In this document: piece after piece, positions 1 through 10,936 of the stretch
How positions within the stretch are numbered: position 1 is the first letter of the stretch
Layout: each line of letters opens with the position of its first letter
NCBI GenBank assembly: GCA_965203905.1
Contig: CBDBDQ010000005.1
Span: 3,520,001-3,584,000, forward strand
Source: Spirochaetia bacterium
Lineage (GTDB): Bacteria; Spirochaetota; Spirochaetia; SZUA-6; Bin103
Length of the DNA: 64,000 nt
Reading direction: 5' to 3'
The notes under the pieces: model-generated
What the model was told of the DNA's origin: nothing
Seen by the model: only the letters and a program-made list of their open reading frames with translations
The model's database searches: none
Translations under genes and position numbers: made by a program

Positions 1-1743
1 CTGGGAGAACGACCTGCAGGGCCAGTTCGGCTCCTCCCTGTTCCGCAGGCCGATCGACAATCCCTTCGGAGTCGAGGGCGACCTGGCGGAGGGCTACGCG
101 TACAACGACGAGCGCACCGTCATGACCATCTTCCTGCGCAAGGGACTGAAATGGTCGGACGGCACCCCCTATACGGCGGAGGACATCCGCTTCATGCTGG
201 AGGATTACCGCTGGCATTCCGACCTGCGCGGTGGCTCCACCTATTACGGCGTCGACTCGGTGGAGGTGGTCGACGACTTCACGATCCGCCTGCACAGCCC
301 GGACGGACTGGGTGACATACCGCTGATTCTCTGCGCTTGGCGCGGTGGCTTCCGCATGGTCTTCACTCCGTCGGAGTACATGAAGCAGTTCCACATCGAC
401 ACAACTCCGACGCCCAGAAGACGGCCGCCGAGAACGGCTTCGACAGTTGGACCGACTACTTCGAGAATCGCATCGCCGACGCTCCACTGCGCAACACGGA
501 CAAGCCCCAGGTCGAGCCGTGGGAGCTCACCCAGATCACCGACACGATCAAGGTGATGGAGCGCAATCCATATTTCTGGAGGGTGGATCCCGATGGCAAC
601 CAGCTTCCCTACATCGACCGAGTAGTGATCCAGATCGTCACCCCCGAGGTCTATCAACTGAAGGTCAGCGGCGGCGATGCCTCGATCGCCTACTATCGCA
701 CCAGCCTCGACAACCTGCCGCTGTACATGGCCGGCACCGACGCCGGCGACTACCGGGTCATCCTCTACCGCAGCCATTCGACCGCGTGGATGAAGTACTT
801 CACGGTCGGCAGGTTCAACAAGGATCCCGTGATCCGTGAGCTGTTCTCCGACATCGACTTCCGCCACGCGCTCTCGGTGGCGCTCAACCGGGACGAGATC
901 AACAACGTGATCTACCAGGGACTGGGCGTGCCCGGCGTGGTGGCACCGCTGTCGAGCGTGTCGTTCTACCAGGAAGGATGGCGCACCGACTGGGCCCAGT
1001 ACGATCCGGACCTCGCCAATCAACTGCTCGACAAGGTGAGGCTGGACCAGCGCGACGCGGAAGGCTTTCGGATGCTTCCCGACGGCCGCCCCTTCAACTT
1101 CATCATAGACTACGGCGCCGACCGCTGGACCGCGGAACTGGAGCTGTACGTGGAGCAGTACCGCGAAGTTGGCATTCGCACCATCATTCGGCTCGGCGAT
1201 CCACGCTCGTACAGCGACCGGCGCTGGCAAGGTGAGGGAATGGGCTGGGTCCACAACAACCCGATCGTCCCGCAGGCGGGTGAGCGCCAGTTGATCGAGG
1301 ATTTCTTTACCTGGGACCAGCAATTCGACGCCTGGAAGCTATGGATCCAGTCGCACGCCAACGCGGTTCGCTCGACGCTTCCCGAGGGGGCCATTCTACC
1401 CGCGGGGTGGCAACTGTTGCCGCGCGTTGCCGGCTGGGAATACGTCGGCAGCCGTGGCCGCGCCGCGGAGGAGCCGCCCTTGCATTGGAAGGAGTGGCGG
1501 GCGCTCAAGGACCGCTGGTTGAACATGGAGCACGGCTCGGATGAGTTCATCGAAGCGGGTATCGAGATCTTCAACTACGTGGTGGATGACTTCGGCATCA
1601 TCGGGGCAGTCGGCGAGGTCCCGTCGGTGATCGTGGCCAAGAACGATCTCGGCAACGTCGTTACCGAGGACATCTGGCCCGGCACGGGGGTTGCCGATCT
1701 GCTGATGCAGTCCTGGATGGACCAGCTCTACTGGAAGAAGTAG
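1..1743 (+). CDS. ABC transporter substrate-binding protein, family 5 (peptide/nickel type); 5'-truncated by window edge, one frameshift near 400
   Basis: LRKGLKWSDGTPYTAEDI in ORF 122-556 continues in another frame as ...ERNPYFWRVDPDGNQLPYIDRV...FRHALSVALNRDEIN (ORF 337-1743). Confidence 0.85.
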
Positions 1744-1800
1744 CCGATTCCCAGGCAGCGAGGGGAGGGTGGCTCCGTGCGGTTGCCCTCCTCTCGCTGT

Positions 1801-3150
1801 TCACGGGCCGGTCGCCCGCAGGGCACGGACGTTGTCGAGAAAGGCCGGCGACGGTATCGGGCCCTGCAACAGGGGATCATCGGTGTCCCGCATCCATCTG
1901 AAGAGGGCTCGCGCCAGATCCCGTCTGGTTTCGTCGTACTCCCTGCGCGCGGCGAGGTTGTCCAGCTCCAACGGATCCGACTTCAGGTCGTAGACCTCTT
2001 CCCAGGGGCGGTTCTTCGGATCCGCTTGGCGCATGATGCGGGCGCTGTCCTTGACTCCGAGGATCGTGCGATGCTGTTCGACTCCCTCCGAGTAATACCA
2101 GTCGGGCCGGACACTCTCGAAGTTGCGGATGTACTTGAAGCGGGACGTGCGCACCGATCGCACCGGGTCATAGCTCGTGTGGAACGTCCGTTCGGCAAAG
2201 ATCCGATCCCGTTCCCGGTACTCCCCACCGGTCAGAAGCGGCCAGCAACTTCGCCCCTGCAGACCGTCCTCCGTGCCGCCCCCAACGGCCTCCAGGATGG
2301 TCGGAACGAGGTCCACGTTGCTGATGAGCTGGTCGTGGACCGTTCCCGCCTTCAGCACCGTCGGATAGCGCATCAGCAGCATGATCTCGAGGCCGGCATC
2401 GTACAGGGACGCCTTGGCCCGCGGGTAGGGGATCCCGTGGTCGGTGGTGACGATCAACAGGGTGTTGGTGGCGAGATTGCTGTCGAGGATGGAAAGGATT
2501 CTCCCCAGCCCGGCGTCCCAGTTCCTGATGCTGCCCTGGAACCAGGCAAGATCCTCGCGCAGGGCCTGGGAGGGTTGCAGATAGGGTGGGACGGTCACGC
2601 CAAGGGATCTGTCGGGTTGCGCATCGCCGATGCGAAAGTCGCGATGGGTCTCGGCGGGACAGATCTGGGCATAGAACGGCGTCGAGGAATCGTGGCTGGC
2701 CAGCCAGCGTTCGAAGTCATCCACCAGTTCACGGGCCGGCAGATAGCCGTGGTTGCGATAGTCGAATTCCAGTGCGTCCAGGTGCGCGGGAGGGCTGTCC
2801 CCGCCGGTAGCCTCGTGGGCGAGTCCGAACAGCGCGGTCCGATAGTTGCGTCGCCGCAGGCGGTTTGCGAGGTGGACCGAGTCGGCGTTCAGCGTGAAAC
2901 CGGTGGCCGCCCGTGCCAGCCCGGACAATCCGGCGGCATGGGGATAGCGGCCGGTAAACAGGCTGGAGCGCGAGGCGCTGCAACTGGGAGCCGTGGCGAA
3001 CGCATTCCGAAACAGCACGCCTTCCCGCGCCACTCGTGCCGCGTGGGGCGTGTGCACGGTAGCTGTGCCGTAAGGACCGATGTGCCTGCCGGTGTCATGC
3101 GAGGCATAGATGATGACATTCGGCGGATCGGTGACCGGTGCGCGATTCAC
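1801..3150 (-). CDS. Sulfatase (formylglycine-dependent, sulfamidase-like)
   Basis: PNVIIYASHD start, CSASRSSLFTGRYPH (CxxxR motif), TTDHG, YDLKSDPLELDNLA; GTG start at 3150 overlaps upstream stop. Confidence 0.9.
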   Translation of the reverse strand: MNRAPVTDPPNVIIYASHDTGRHIGPYGTATVHTPHAARVAREGVLFRNAFATAPSCSASRSSLFTGRYPHAAGLSGLARAATGFTLNADSVHLANRLRRRNYRTALFGLAHEATGGDSPPAHLDALEFDYRNHGYLPARELVDDFERWLASHDSSTPFYAQICPAETHRDFRIGDAQPDRSLGVTVPPYLQPSQALREDLAWFQGSIRNWDAGLGRILSILDSNLATNTLLIVTTDHGIPYPRAKASLYDAGLEIMLLMRYPTVLKAGTVHDQLISNVDLVPTILEAVGGGTEDGLQGRSCWPLLTGGEYRERDRIFAERTFHTSYDPVRSVRTSRFKYIRNFESVRPDWYYSEGVEQHRTILGVKDSARIMRQADPKNRPWEEVYDLKSDPLELDNLAARREYDETRRDLARALFRWMRDTDDPLLQGPIPSPAFLDNVRALRATGP

Positions 3151-4283
3151 TTGTAGGGATCCGCCGCATCCCTCAGGCCGTCGCCGAGGAAGTTGAACGC
3201 GAGCACGGTGAGAACCACGAGCAGTGCCGGGATGATGAGCCACGGATACAGCGTGACCGAGCGTATGTTCTGCGCCTGCTGCAGGAGCACTCCCCAGCTC
3301 ACGGCCGGTGCCCGCATCCCGATCCCCAGAAAGCTGAGCGCGGTCTCTCCCAGAATCATCTGCGGTATGGCCAGCGTGATGCTGACGATCAGGTAGCTGG
3401 TGAAGGACGGCAGCAGGTGGCGAACCATGATGCGGCGTTCTCCCGAGCCCGCAATCTTGGCCGCCAGGACGTAGTCCTCTTCTCGGGTCGAAAGCAGCTT
3501 CCCGCGCACCACGCGCGCCAGCCCGGTCCAGCCGAAGATCGAGAGGATTATGGTGATTCCGAAGTACACCTGGACGATCGGCCAGACCGGCGGCAGCGCG
3601 GCGCTCAGCGCCATCCACAGCGGGATCTGCGGGATGTTCTGGAGAAACTCGATGATGCGCTGGATGATCATGTCGGGCGCTCCGCCGAAGTAGCCCGATA
3701 TCCCGCCCAGGAGGCAACCCAGGACGAAACTGATCGCAATACCCACCAGGCCCACGCTCAGCGACACGCGGGTGGCGAACAGAATCCGCGACAGCATGTC
3801 CCTGCCGATGCTCTCGGTACCCAGGAGGTGGATCACTCCGGGCTCGTCCACGCCGAAGAAACGGATGTTGCTGGGAATGAGGCCGAGCAGCTTGTAGTCC
3901 GTTCCCCGGACAAAGAACCGCACCGGGTAGCGCTGTGACCGGTCCTCCGAAAACTCGAGAAAGAACGTGGTGGTGCTGCGTTCGCTGGTGACGCCGTAGA
4001 CGAACGGCCGCTGCAGCTTCCCCTCGTGCCACAGTCTCACCCGCTGCGGCGGAAGATGAACCAGGTCGGTGTGCCGCTCGTAGATGTCGTAGGGCGACCA
4101 AAACTCTGCGAAAACCGCCAGGATCACCAGGAGCGCGATCACCGCGGCGCCGAACCTGGCAAGCCGGTGGCGCCGGAACTTGCGCCACACGAGCTGCCAT
4201 TGGGAGGCAATGAAGTAGGCTTCCTCGGCGGGACGGCCGAGGTCTTCCGAGGTGATGGCGTCAGCGCTCTCCTTCGCGCTCAT
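3147..4283 (-). CDS. Peptide ABC transporter permease (DppC/OppC-like)
   Basis: LLGTESIGRDMLSRI, REEDYVLAAKIAG, ETALSFLGIG, FNFLGDGLRDAADP; ATG overlaps stop of the upstream permease. Confidence 0.92.
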   Translation of the reverse strand: MSAKESADAITSEDLGRPAEEAYFIASQWQLVWRKFRRHRLARFGAAVIALLVILAVFAEFWSPYDIYERHTDLVHLPPQRVRLWHEGKLQRPFVYGVTSERSTTTFFLEFSEDRSQRYPVRFFVRGTDYKLLGLIPSNIRFFGVDEPGVIHLLGTESIGRDMLSRILFATRVSLSVGLVGIAISFVLGCLLGGISGYFGGAPDMIIQRIIEFLQNIPQIPLWMALSAALPPVWPIVQVYFGITIILSIFGWTGLARVVRGKLLSTREEDYVLAAKIAGSGERRIMVRHLLPSFTSYLIVSITLAIPQMILGETALSFLGIGMRAPAVSWGVLLQQAQNIRSVTLYPWLIIPALLVVLTVLAFNFLGDGLRDAADPYK

Positions 4284-5266
4284 TTCTCGAGCCGGATCCT
4301 GGGATCGACGATGGCGAGAAGAATGTCGGAGATCAGCGTGCCGATCACCCCGAGCGTGCTTACCATGAGCACCAGGGCAGCCGCGAGGTGCATGTCCTGG
4401 GCTTGCAGCGCACCGAACAGGAGGGGCCCGACCGTAGGCAGGTTGAGCACGATCGAAGTGATGGTAGACCCCGACACGATCGCGGGCAGGAGGTTGGAGA
4501 CCTGGCTGATGATCGGGTTCAGCGCCATGCGTACCGGATACTTGAAGATCAGGCGCGCTTCGGGGAGACCCTTGGCCTGGGCGGTCACCACGTAGTTCCT
4601 GGAGAGTTCGTCGAGCAGGGAACCGCGGAGGATGCGTATCAAGCCCGCGGTGCCGGCGGTCCCGAGAACTATGAGGGGGATCGGCAGGTGCTTGATCAGG
4701 TCCCAGACCTTGGCGATGCTCCAGGCGGACAACTCGTACTCCACGGAGAACAGACCGCCGACATCCATCCCGAGCGTGATCGAGAAGAACAGCATCAGGA
4801 TCATCGCGAGCAGGAAATTCGGCGTGGCCAGGCCGATGAAGCCGAAGAAGGTCCACAGGTAGTCGCCGACCGAGTACTGGCGGGTGGCCGAGTAGATGCC
4901 GATCGGTATCGCCATGACGTAGGTGAACACCAGGGTGGACATGGAGATGATCACGGTAAGGGTGAGCCGGTCGCCGATCAGTTGCGAGACCGGCCGCTGG
5001 TACTCCATGCTGCGGCCGAAGTCGCCATGCAGGATACGCCACGCCCACCTGAGGTACTGCTGATGGAGCGGCATGTCGAGGCCGTAGCGCCTGGCCAGCA
5101 ACTCGATCAGCTCATCGGTAACCCGCTCGCCGCGCAGCCTCATGTTGTCGATCATGTTGGTCACGTAGTCGCCGGGCGGAAGCTGGATGATCACGAACGC
5201 GACCATCGAAATCGCCACCAGCACGAAGACCATGTACACCACACGCCGAACGATGTAGCTTACCAC
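4280..5266 (-). CDS. Peptide ABC transporter permease (DppB/OppB-like)
   Basis: YIVRRV, LPPGDY, GDFGRS, YVVTAQAKGL, SDILLAIVDPRIR. Confidence 0.93.
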   Translation of the reverse strand: MVSYIVRRVVYMVFVLVAISMVAFVIIQLPPGDYVTNMIDNMRLRGERVTDELIELLARRYGLDMPLHQQYLRWAWRILHGDFGRSMEYQRPVSQLIGDRLTLTVIISMSTLVFTYVMAIPIGIYSATRQYSVGDYLWTFFGFIGLATPNFLLAMILMLFFSITLGMDVGGLFSVEYELSAWSIAKVWDLIKHLPIPLIVLGTAGTAGLIRILRGSLLDELSRNYVVTAQAKGLPEARLIFKYPVRMALNPIISQVSNLLPAIVSGSTITSIVLNLPTVGPLLFGALQAQDMHLAAALVLMVSTLGVIGTLISDILLAIVDPRIRLEK

Positions 5267-5465
5267 GCTGACCTCCCCCCATACTCCAGCAGCGTGTCAG
5301 GTCGGATACGTCGCCGCGCGGGCCCGGCCGTCGCAGTCGGTGCCGTGCACGACGGCCGCCACGACGAGGGAATCGGCCAATCCTAGGCGCAGCAGCCCCG
5401 ACTTGCAAGCGCGGCGATCACCCGCGACCGGCTCCCGCTGAAGCGCTGCCCAGGAGTTTCCGCAC

Positions 5466-6977
5466 ATGATCCAGGACCACCATCGCCCGATCTATCACCA
5501 CCTGCCGGTAGAGGGACTGCTGTGGGATCCGTGCGCGGCCGTGTTCCGCGACGGCCGCTACCACCTGTTCTACCTGCACGACTCGTGGGCCGCGGCGGGA
5601 CCGTCGAAGCGTTCCGACGGCTACAACTACAAGGCGTGGGCGCACGTCTCCAGCGCCGACCTGGTGCACTGGCAGCGCCATCCCGATGCGATCGCCCGCG
5701 GCCAGACCGGCAACCTGTTCGACTGGAACGGCACCCCGGCGATCGTGTTTCCCCACCCGGACGGCGGCGCCAGTTGCTTCGCCAGCAACCCCGAGGGTGA
5801 CTTGGAGCGGTGGCGGTTCGACCCGGCGAGCGCGGTGCTGCGCCATCCGCTGCAGGGCAACTCCCTCTACCCGGGCAGCAACGACGTCACCGCCTGGCAG
5901 GAGGGGGAGTGGTGCTACGTGCTCACCGGCACCCGCGACCAGCGCCACGGCGGCGATGCGCAGCACCTGTTCCGCAGCCGGAACCCGCTGGCGCCGGGGG
6001 CCCGCCACCACGACACCGCGGCGTGGGAGTACGTGCACCAATTCTACCGCTCGCGGCGCGAGTGGACCGACGCCGGGGACGACTGCGCCTGCCCCGAGTT
6101 CTTCCGCATCGGCAGCGGGGAGGCGGCGAAGTGGATGCTGCTGCACTTCTGCCACAACGCGCCGGGCGGCAGCCGCTACTACCTCGGCAGCTACCGCGAC
6201 CGCCGCTTCCACCCGGAGAGCTTCGACCGCATCAACTGGCCTGGCGGCAACCTGCACGCGCCGCGGGCGCTGCTCGACGGGCAGGGCCGCCACGTCATGT
6301 TCGCCAACCTCAACGAGCGCCGGCCGCCCGACGAACTGGTGGCCGCCGGCTGGAGCGGCTGCATGAGCCTGCCGGTGGCGCTGACGCTGGATCCCGACGG
6401 CCGGCGGGTGCGCTTCGCTCCGGTCGCCGAGCTACAGGCGCTGCGGCACGAGCCGCGCGAGTGGTCGGACGTGGCGCTGGCGGCCGGTGCGGGCAGTGGT
6501 GCCGGCGTGACCGAGGCGGAGGTGGCGCTCCCGGAGGCCAGCGGCGACGCGCTGGAGATCGAGCTGCAGATCGCGGCCGGCAGCGCCGCCGCCTGCGGGC
6601 TCAAGGTGCGCTGTTCCCCGGACGGCACCGAGGAAACCGCCATCGTGCTCAACGCCGCCGAGCGCGCGCTCGAGATCGAGTTCGGCAAGGCGAGTCTGCG
6701 CGACGACCTCGCCTTCGCCCGCTGGGACGCAAAGCTGGAACGTCCGGTACAGAGCGCGCCGCTGGAGTTCGACCCCGCGCAGCCGGTGACGTTGCGCGTG
6801 TTCGTCGACCACTCGGTGGTGGAGGTGTTCGCGGGCGCGGGCGGTCTCCAGTTCGAGCGCTACCTCGCACAGCGCATCTATCCCACCCGTCCCGACGCGC
6901 TGGCGGTAAAACTGTTCAGCCGCGGCGGCAGCTCCCTGGCGCGCCGCCTGCGCACCTGGCAGATGCACGCCATCTGA
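5466..6977 (+). CDS. Glycoside hydrolase family 32-like protein (5-bladed propeller plus C-terminal beta-sandwich), non-canonical catalytic motifs
   Basis: HRPIYH..LWDPCA..YHLFY..WAHVSSADLVHW; CACPEFF; C-terminal LRVFVDHSVVEVF..RIYP. Confidence 0.8.
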   Translation: MIQDHHRPIYHHLPVEGLLWDPCAAVFRDGRYHLFYLHDSWAAAGPSKRSDGYNYKAWAHVSSADLVHWQRHPDAIARGQTGNLFDWNGTPAIVFPHPDGGASCFASNPEGDLERWRFDPASAVLRHPLQGNSLYPGSNDVTAWQEGEWCYVLTGTRDQRHGGDAQHLFRSRNPLAPGARHHDTAAWEYVHQFYRSRREWTDAGDDCACPEFFRIGSGEAAKWMLLHFCHNAPGGSRYYLGSYRDRRFHPESFDRINWPGGNLHAPRALLDGQGRHVMFANLNERRPPDELVAAGWSGCMSLPVALTLDPDGRRVRFAPVAELQALRHEPREWSDVALAAGAGSGAGVTEAEVALPEASGDALEIELQIAAGSAAACGLKVRCSPDGTEETAIVLNAAERALEIEFGKASLRDDLAFARWDAKLERPVQSAPLEFDPAQPVTLRVFVDHSVVEVFAGAGGLQFERYLAQRIYPTRPDALAVKLFSRGGSSLARRLRTWQMHAI

Positions 6978-6984
6978 CCGGGTC

Positions 6985-7476
6985 TCAGGGTGTCCTCAGG
7001 GGCATGATGAACGCCAGCGCCGGTTGGTCGCGCTCCATTGGCTCCACCGCGAAACCCATGGCCAGCTTGAGCCGGTGGTTCTCGGGGTGGTCCCCGTCGC
7101 TGACCGATCGCACCTGGTAGCAGCCGAGCGCCTGGGTCCGGCGCAGCGTGTGCTCCTGCAGGGCCCTGCCGATCCCCTGTCTGCGATACTCCTCCTTCAC
7201 GCCGAAGGCGATGATCTTCGCCTCCGTCAGTGGGCGCCCGGCTACTATCAGAGGGCGATGGCCGCGATCGTTGGGACCGATGTCCCACACTACATACATC
7301 AGAAAGCCGACGACTCTGCCGTCCTGTTTGGCCATCACGAAGTGGCGGGGAAACGGCTCGAAATGGGCGTCGAATGCCCACCGTGCCTGACCTTCCCCGT
7401 TGATTACCGCTACAAATTCCGGCCAATCGCGATCATCCGCATTCAACTCCCGAATCGAACATTGCGGAATACTCAA
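6985..7476 (-). CDS. GNAT family N-acetyltransferase
   Basis: FGVKEEYRRQGIGRAL acetyl-CoA binding motif. Confidence 0.85.
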   Translation of the reverse strand: MSIPQCSIRELNADDRDWPEFVAVINGEGQARWAFDAHFEPFPRHFVMAKQDGRVVGFLMYVVWDIGPNDRGHRPLIVAGRPLTEAKIIAFGVKEEYRRQGIGRALQEHTLRRTQALGCYQVRSVSDGDHPENHRLKLAMGFAVEPMERDQPALAFIMPLRTP

Positions 7477-7529
7477 AAGCCATCCCTCACCACGAGTAAT
7501 ATTGTGTGATTGGTCATCGCACTGAACTG

Positions 7530-8321
7530 CTACCAGGCAATGAGGCCGCCGTCAACGTATAGGGTCTGGCCTATCACATAGCTTGAGTCGTCGGATGCAA
7601 GATAGAATGCCGCACCGGCACATTCCTCAACCGTGCCGATTCTTCCGCATGGCACTTTGTCTGTCAGTTTCTTCAGGTTTATCGGATCGGCGAGCGACTG
7701 GTTCATCTCTTCATGTACCGGTGTGACCACGAAGCCTGGAGCGATACAGTTCACGTTGATATTGTATTGACAGACTTCGACTGCAAGTGACCGAGTGAGT
7801 TGCATCACCCCAGCTTTCGCGGCTGCGTAGATTGTCTGGTCTGGGAAGGTCGCCACCACACCAGACGTAGATGCTATATTGACTATCCTTCCACCGCCCG
7901 ATTTCTTCATTGCCCTTACCGCTTCCCTGCAGCACATCCATAAGCCTCGAAGATCGGTTGCGTGGACGCGATCGTAATCCTCGAGGGTGCATTCGTCGAT
8001 CGGTCGGGATAGTGAGATCCCTGCATTATTCACCAGTATGTCGAGACGCCCGTACGTTTCTGTTGTACTGGCAACCATCCTTTCGACATCGATCTCCACA
8101 GAGACGTCTGTTTCCAGGACTGTGCCCGCGCTACCCATGCTCGTTATCTTGGCGGCGACTGACTCCCCCTCCGCTGCATTCTTGTCGGCTATCACGACCG
8201 CGGCGGCGCCTTCCTCGGCGAATCTGACCGAAATGGCCTCTCCTATGCCACGGGCGGCGCCCGTGATTATCGCCACTTTTCCCTGCAGCCTGCGGTCACC
8301 GGGTATCGCCTTCGACCTCAT
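7530..8321 (-). CDS. Short-chain dehydrogenase/reductase
   Basis: TGAARGIG, NNAG, YAAAK, VDGG. Confidence 0.93.
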   Translation of the reverse strand: MRSKAIPGDRRLQGKVAIITGAARGIGEAISVRFAEEGAAAVVIADKNAAEGESVAAKITSMGSAGTVLETDVSVEIDVERMVASTTETYGRLDILVNNAGISLSRPIDECTLEDYDRVHATDLRGLWMCCREAVRAMKKSGGGRIVNIASTSGVVATFPDQTIYAAAKAGVMQLTRSLAVEVCQYNINVNCIAPGFVVTPVHEEMNQSLADPINLKKLTDKVPCGRIGTVEECAGAAFYLASDDSSYVIGQTLYVDGGLIAW

Positions 8322-9109
8322 ATGAGCGTGTACCCGCCGTCGATGACGAGCGCCTGCCCCATCAGGTAGCTGGAGTCATCGGACGCAAGGAAGTAGGCCC
8401 CTCCAGCCACATCGTCTGGCTCGCCTATCCGTCTTAGAGGAATCGATTTCAGCGTAGATTCGAGATTCTCCGGATCGTCTAACGGAAAATCTATGTCATA
8501 GTATATGGGCGTGTCGATAATCCCCGGACAAATGCAGTTCACGTTTATACCGAATGGGCACAGCTCGACCGCTAGTTCCCTGGTCATGCTGATGACCCCG
8601 CCTTTCGTCGATGCGTATATGGACTCCCATTGATAACCGATGAGCCCGGACATCGATGCCATATTGATTATCTTGCCGGCCCGGTTTGCGATCATCGTGG
8701 GAACAACCGCCTTCGTGCACATCCACAGGCCCTTCAGATTGACATCGTTGAGTCTATCCCAGTCGTCCTCGGTGGCCACAGTGATATCTTTCATGAGTGC
8801 CACACCCGCGTTATTGACTAGGATGTCGATCTTGGTGTAGCGCCGGAGCGTCTCGTTCACCATGCTCTCTATGCTTTTGTTGTCGGTCACGTCTGTGTAG
8901 ACAAAGATCGCGCGGCCACCTCGCTTCTCGATTTCGTCTACGGTGACCGCGGCCTCGTCCGCTTTCCTATCCGCGATGACCACGGAGGCGCCCTCCCTTG
9001 TGTAGCGGAGTGCAATCGCCTTTCCGATGCCACGGGCGCCGCCCGTTACGATGGCCACCCTGTTAAGAAGCCTTTTCCCCGTTGCATGCATGTTTGTATC
9101 CGCCCTCAC
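8318..9109 (-). CDS. Short-chain dehydrogenase/reductase
   Basis: TGGARGIG, NNAG, YASTK, IDGG. Confidence 0.93.
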   Translation of the reverse strand: MRADTNMHATGKRLLNRVAIVTGGARGIGKAIALRYTREGASVVIADRKADEAAVTVDEIEKRGGRAIFVYTDVTDNKSIESMVNETLRRYTKIDILVNNAGVALMKDITVATEDDWDRLNDVNLKGLWMCTKAVVPTMIANRAGKIINMASMSGLIGYQWESIYASTKGGVISMTRELAVELCPFGINVNCICPGIIDTPIYYDIDFPLDDPENLESTLKSIPLRRIGEPDDVAGGAYFLASDDSSYLMGQALVIDGGYTLI

Positions 9110-9174
9110 CTTCAGTGGTACTTGCTATCCTGCCGAACTCCCCGCACCACAGCGCGTCCGGCGCCATCGTCAGC

Positions 9175-10035
9175 CTAACCCTTGAGCGCACCCATGTGTA
9201 TACCCTTGAGCAACCTCGTCCGGAGGAACAAGAACACAACGATGGTGGGGGTCAGCACGACTACCAAGCCAGCAAAAAGTGGCCCCCACTCGGTCGAATA
9301 TACCCCCTTGAATCCCATGAGTCCCACTGGCAGGGTCTTCATCCAATTGTTCTTCAGAATGACCAGGGAGAACAGGAACTCATTCCAGATACCGGTGAAG
9401 TTGATCACGAATACCATCGACACGGCGCCAAGCGAAGAAGGCAGGACCACCCTGAGGAAGGTCCCTATGGTACCCTGCCCATCAATCTTGGCCGCGTCTA
9501 TCAACTCATCCGGGAACTGGCGAAAATATGTCTGCAGCATCAATATCGTGAATGGCGAAAACAGCGCCACATAGGGAAACACGACGCCGAGGTAGTTGTT
9601 GAGCAGACGCATATCGGCGATAAGATAGTACAACGGGACAACGATGGAGTGAGCCGGAATCCCCAGAAATATCATCAAGACAATGAGCACGACATTCTTG
9701 CCATGGAATCTGACCTTCGCAATCGAGTATCCAGCGAGGAAGCAAACCACCGTCAAGGCGGCCACCGCCAGCATGACAACGACAAAACTGTTCCGAAGAT
9801 ATAAGCCTAGAGTGACCCCCAGGCTTTCGTTGATCTCCGCAAAGTTGAAGTTGTCCAAGTAGAGCGACCTCGGTGGAGACAACATGCGCTGACTGATATC
9901 CAGAGAAGGCTTCAAAGAAGACATGTAGATCCAGACTACTGGGATGATCTGGATCAACAGCCAAAACAGCAGCACTACCTGAACGGCTGAGTACGCGAGC
10001 ATGTTCGAAGGCTGATAGCGAGTGGTTCTGGACAC
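9175..10035 (-). CDS. Carbohydrate ABC transporter permease (MalG-like)
   Basis: FPDELIDAAKIDG (EAA loop), WNEFLFSLV, TLPVGL. Confidence 0.92.
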   Translation of the reverse strand: MSRTTRYQPSNMLAYSAVQVVLLFWLLIQIIPVVWIYMSSLKPSLDISQRMLSPPRSLYLDNFNFAEINESLGVTLGLYLRNSFVVVMLAVAALTVVCFLAGYSIAKVRFHGKNVVLIVLMIFLGIPAHSIVVPLYYLIADMRLLNNYLGVVFPYVALFSPFTILMLQTYFRQFPDELIDAAKIDGQGTIGTFLRVVLPSSLGAVSMVFVINFTGIWNEFLFSLVILKNNWMKTLPVGLMGFKGVYSTEWGPLFAGLVVVLTPTIVVFLFLRTRLLKGIHMGALKG

Positions 10036-10045
10036 GGCTCGATGG

Positions 10046-10936
10046 TTACCGCAGTTTCTCGTAGCCCGATACTCTACGATACAGGAACGACAGCGCTACC
10101 GCGACCGAGAGGGCGATCATCGAGAGCACCGATGCGTAGCCGAACTTCAGAAACCTGAACGAATATCGGTATAACAGTGTTCCCAGCACCTCGGTTCCAC
10201 CGGATGGCCCGCCGGCCGTCATTATCCAGACTATCTCAAACACCCGAAAGGAGAATATGAGTTGCATCACCACGAGAATCGAGAAAACGTGTCTTAGGAG
10301 CGGGACAGTTATTGATACAATTTGACGAACTGTCGATGCCCCATCTAACCTGGAAGACTCGTATATTTCCTGGTCGATACTCTGCATACCGGCGAGAAAA
10401 AAGATCATTGGAAAGGAGCTGTATTGCCAGATCGAAACAAGCAGCATGATGCCCAGGCCGGTGTTGGGGTTGTCGAACCAGGGTGCCGCGAACCTCCCAA
10501 GACCAAGGTAGTTCAGGATCGTGTTTAGCAGTCCGTGTGGCTCGAAGATCTTGAGCCACAACATCGACACGGCGGCAATTGACAGCGCGTAAGGCAAGAA
10601 GAAGACAATCGTGTACAGCTTCCATAGCGAGACCCGCAAGTCGATTGCGGCGGCCAGCAGGAACCCGATGACTACGGTGCCAGCGGTGGCCACGGTGGAG
10701 AATACGAAAGTATTTCGCAGTGCGGTATAGAAGTACCTGTCCTCGGTGAACATCTCTACGAAGTTGCTCAGACCGGCGAACTTCAGAGCAGTTATTCCAT
10801 CCCATTGAAAGAATGGCATGATGGAGGATCTTATGGCCGGATAGAGCAGGAAGGTTGCGATGAAAACCATCGCGGGAAGAACGAGGGCCCAGCCTACGAA
10901 TGATTCGATTAGTCGTCTGTTCTTCGCAATCACCAT
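10046..10936 (-). CDS. Carbohydrate ABC transporter permease (MalF-like); start could extend to 11059
   Basis: FAGLSNF, LAGMQSIDQEIYESSRLDGA, MTAGGP, FGYAS. Confidence 0.9.
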   Translation of the reverse strand: MVIAKNRRLIESFVGWALVLPAMVFIATFLLYPAIRSSIMPFFQWDGITALKFAGLSNFVEMFTEDRYFYTALRNTFVFSTVATAGTVVIGFLLAAAIDLRVSLWKLYTIVFFLPYALSIAAVSMLWLKIFEPHGLLNTILNYLGLGRFAAPWFDNPNTGLGIMLLVSIWQYSSFPMIFFLAGMQSIDQEIYESSRLDGASTVRQIVSITVPLLRHVFSILVVMQLIFSFRVFEIVWIMTAGGPSGGTEVLGTLLYRYSFRFLKFGYASVLSMIALSVAVALSFLYRRVSGYEKLR

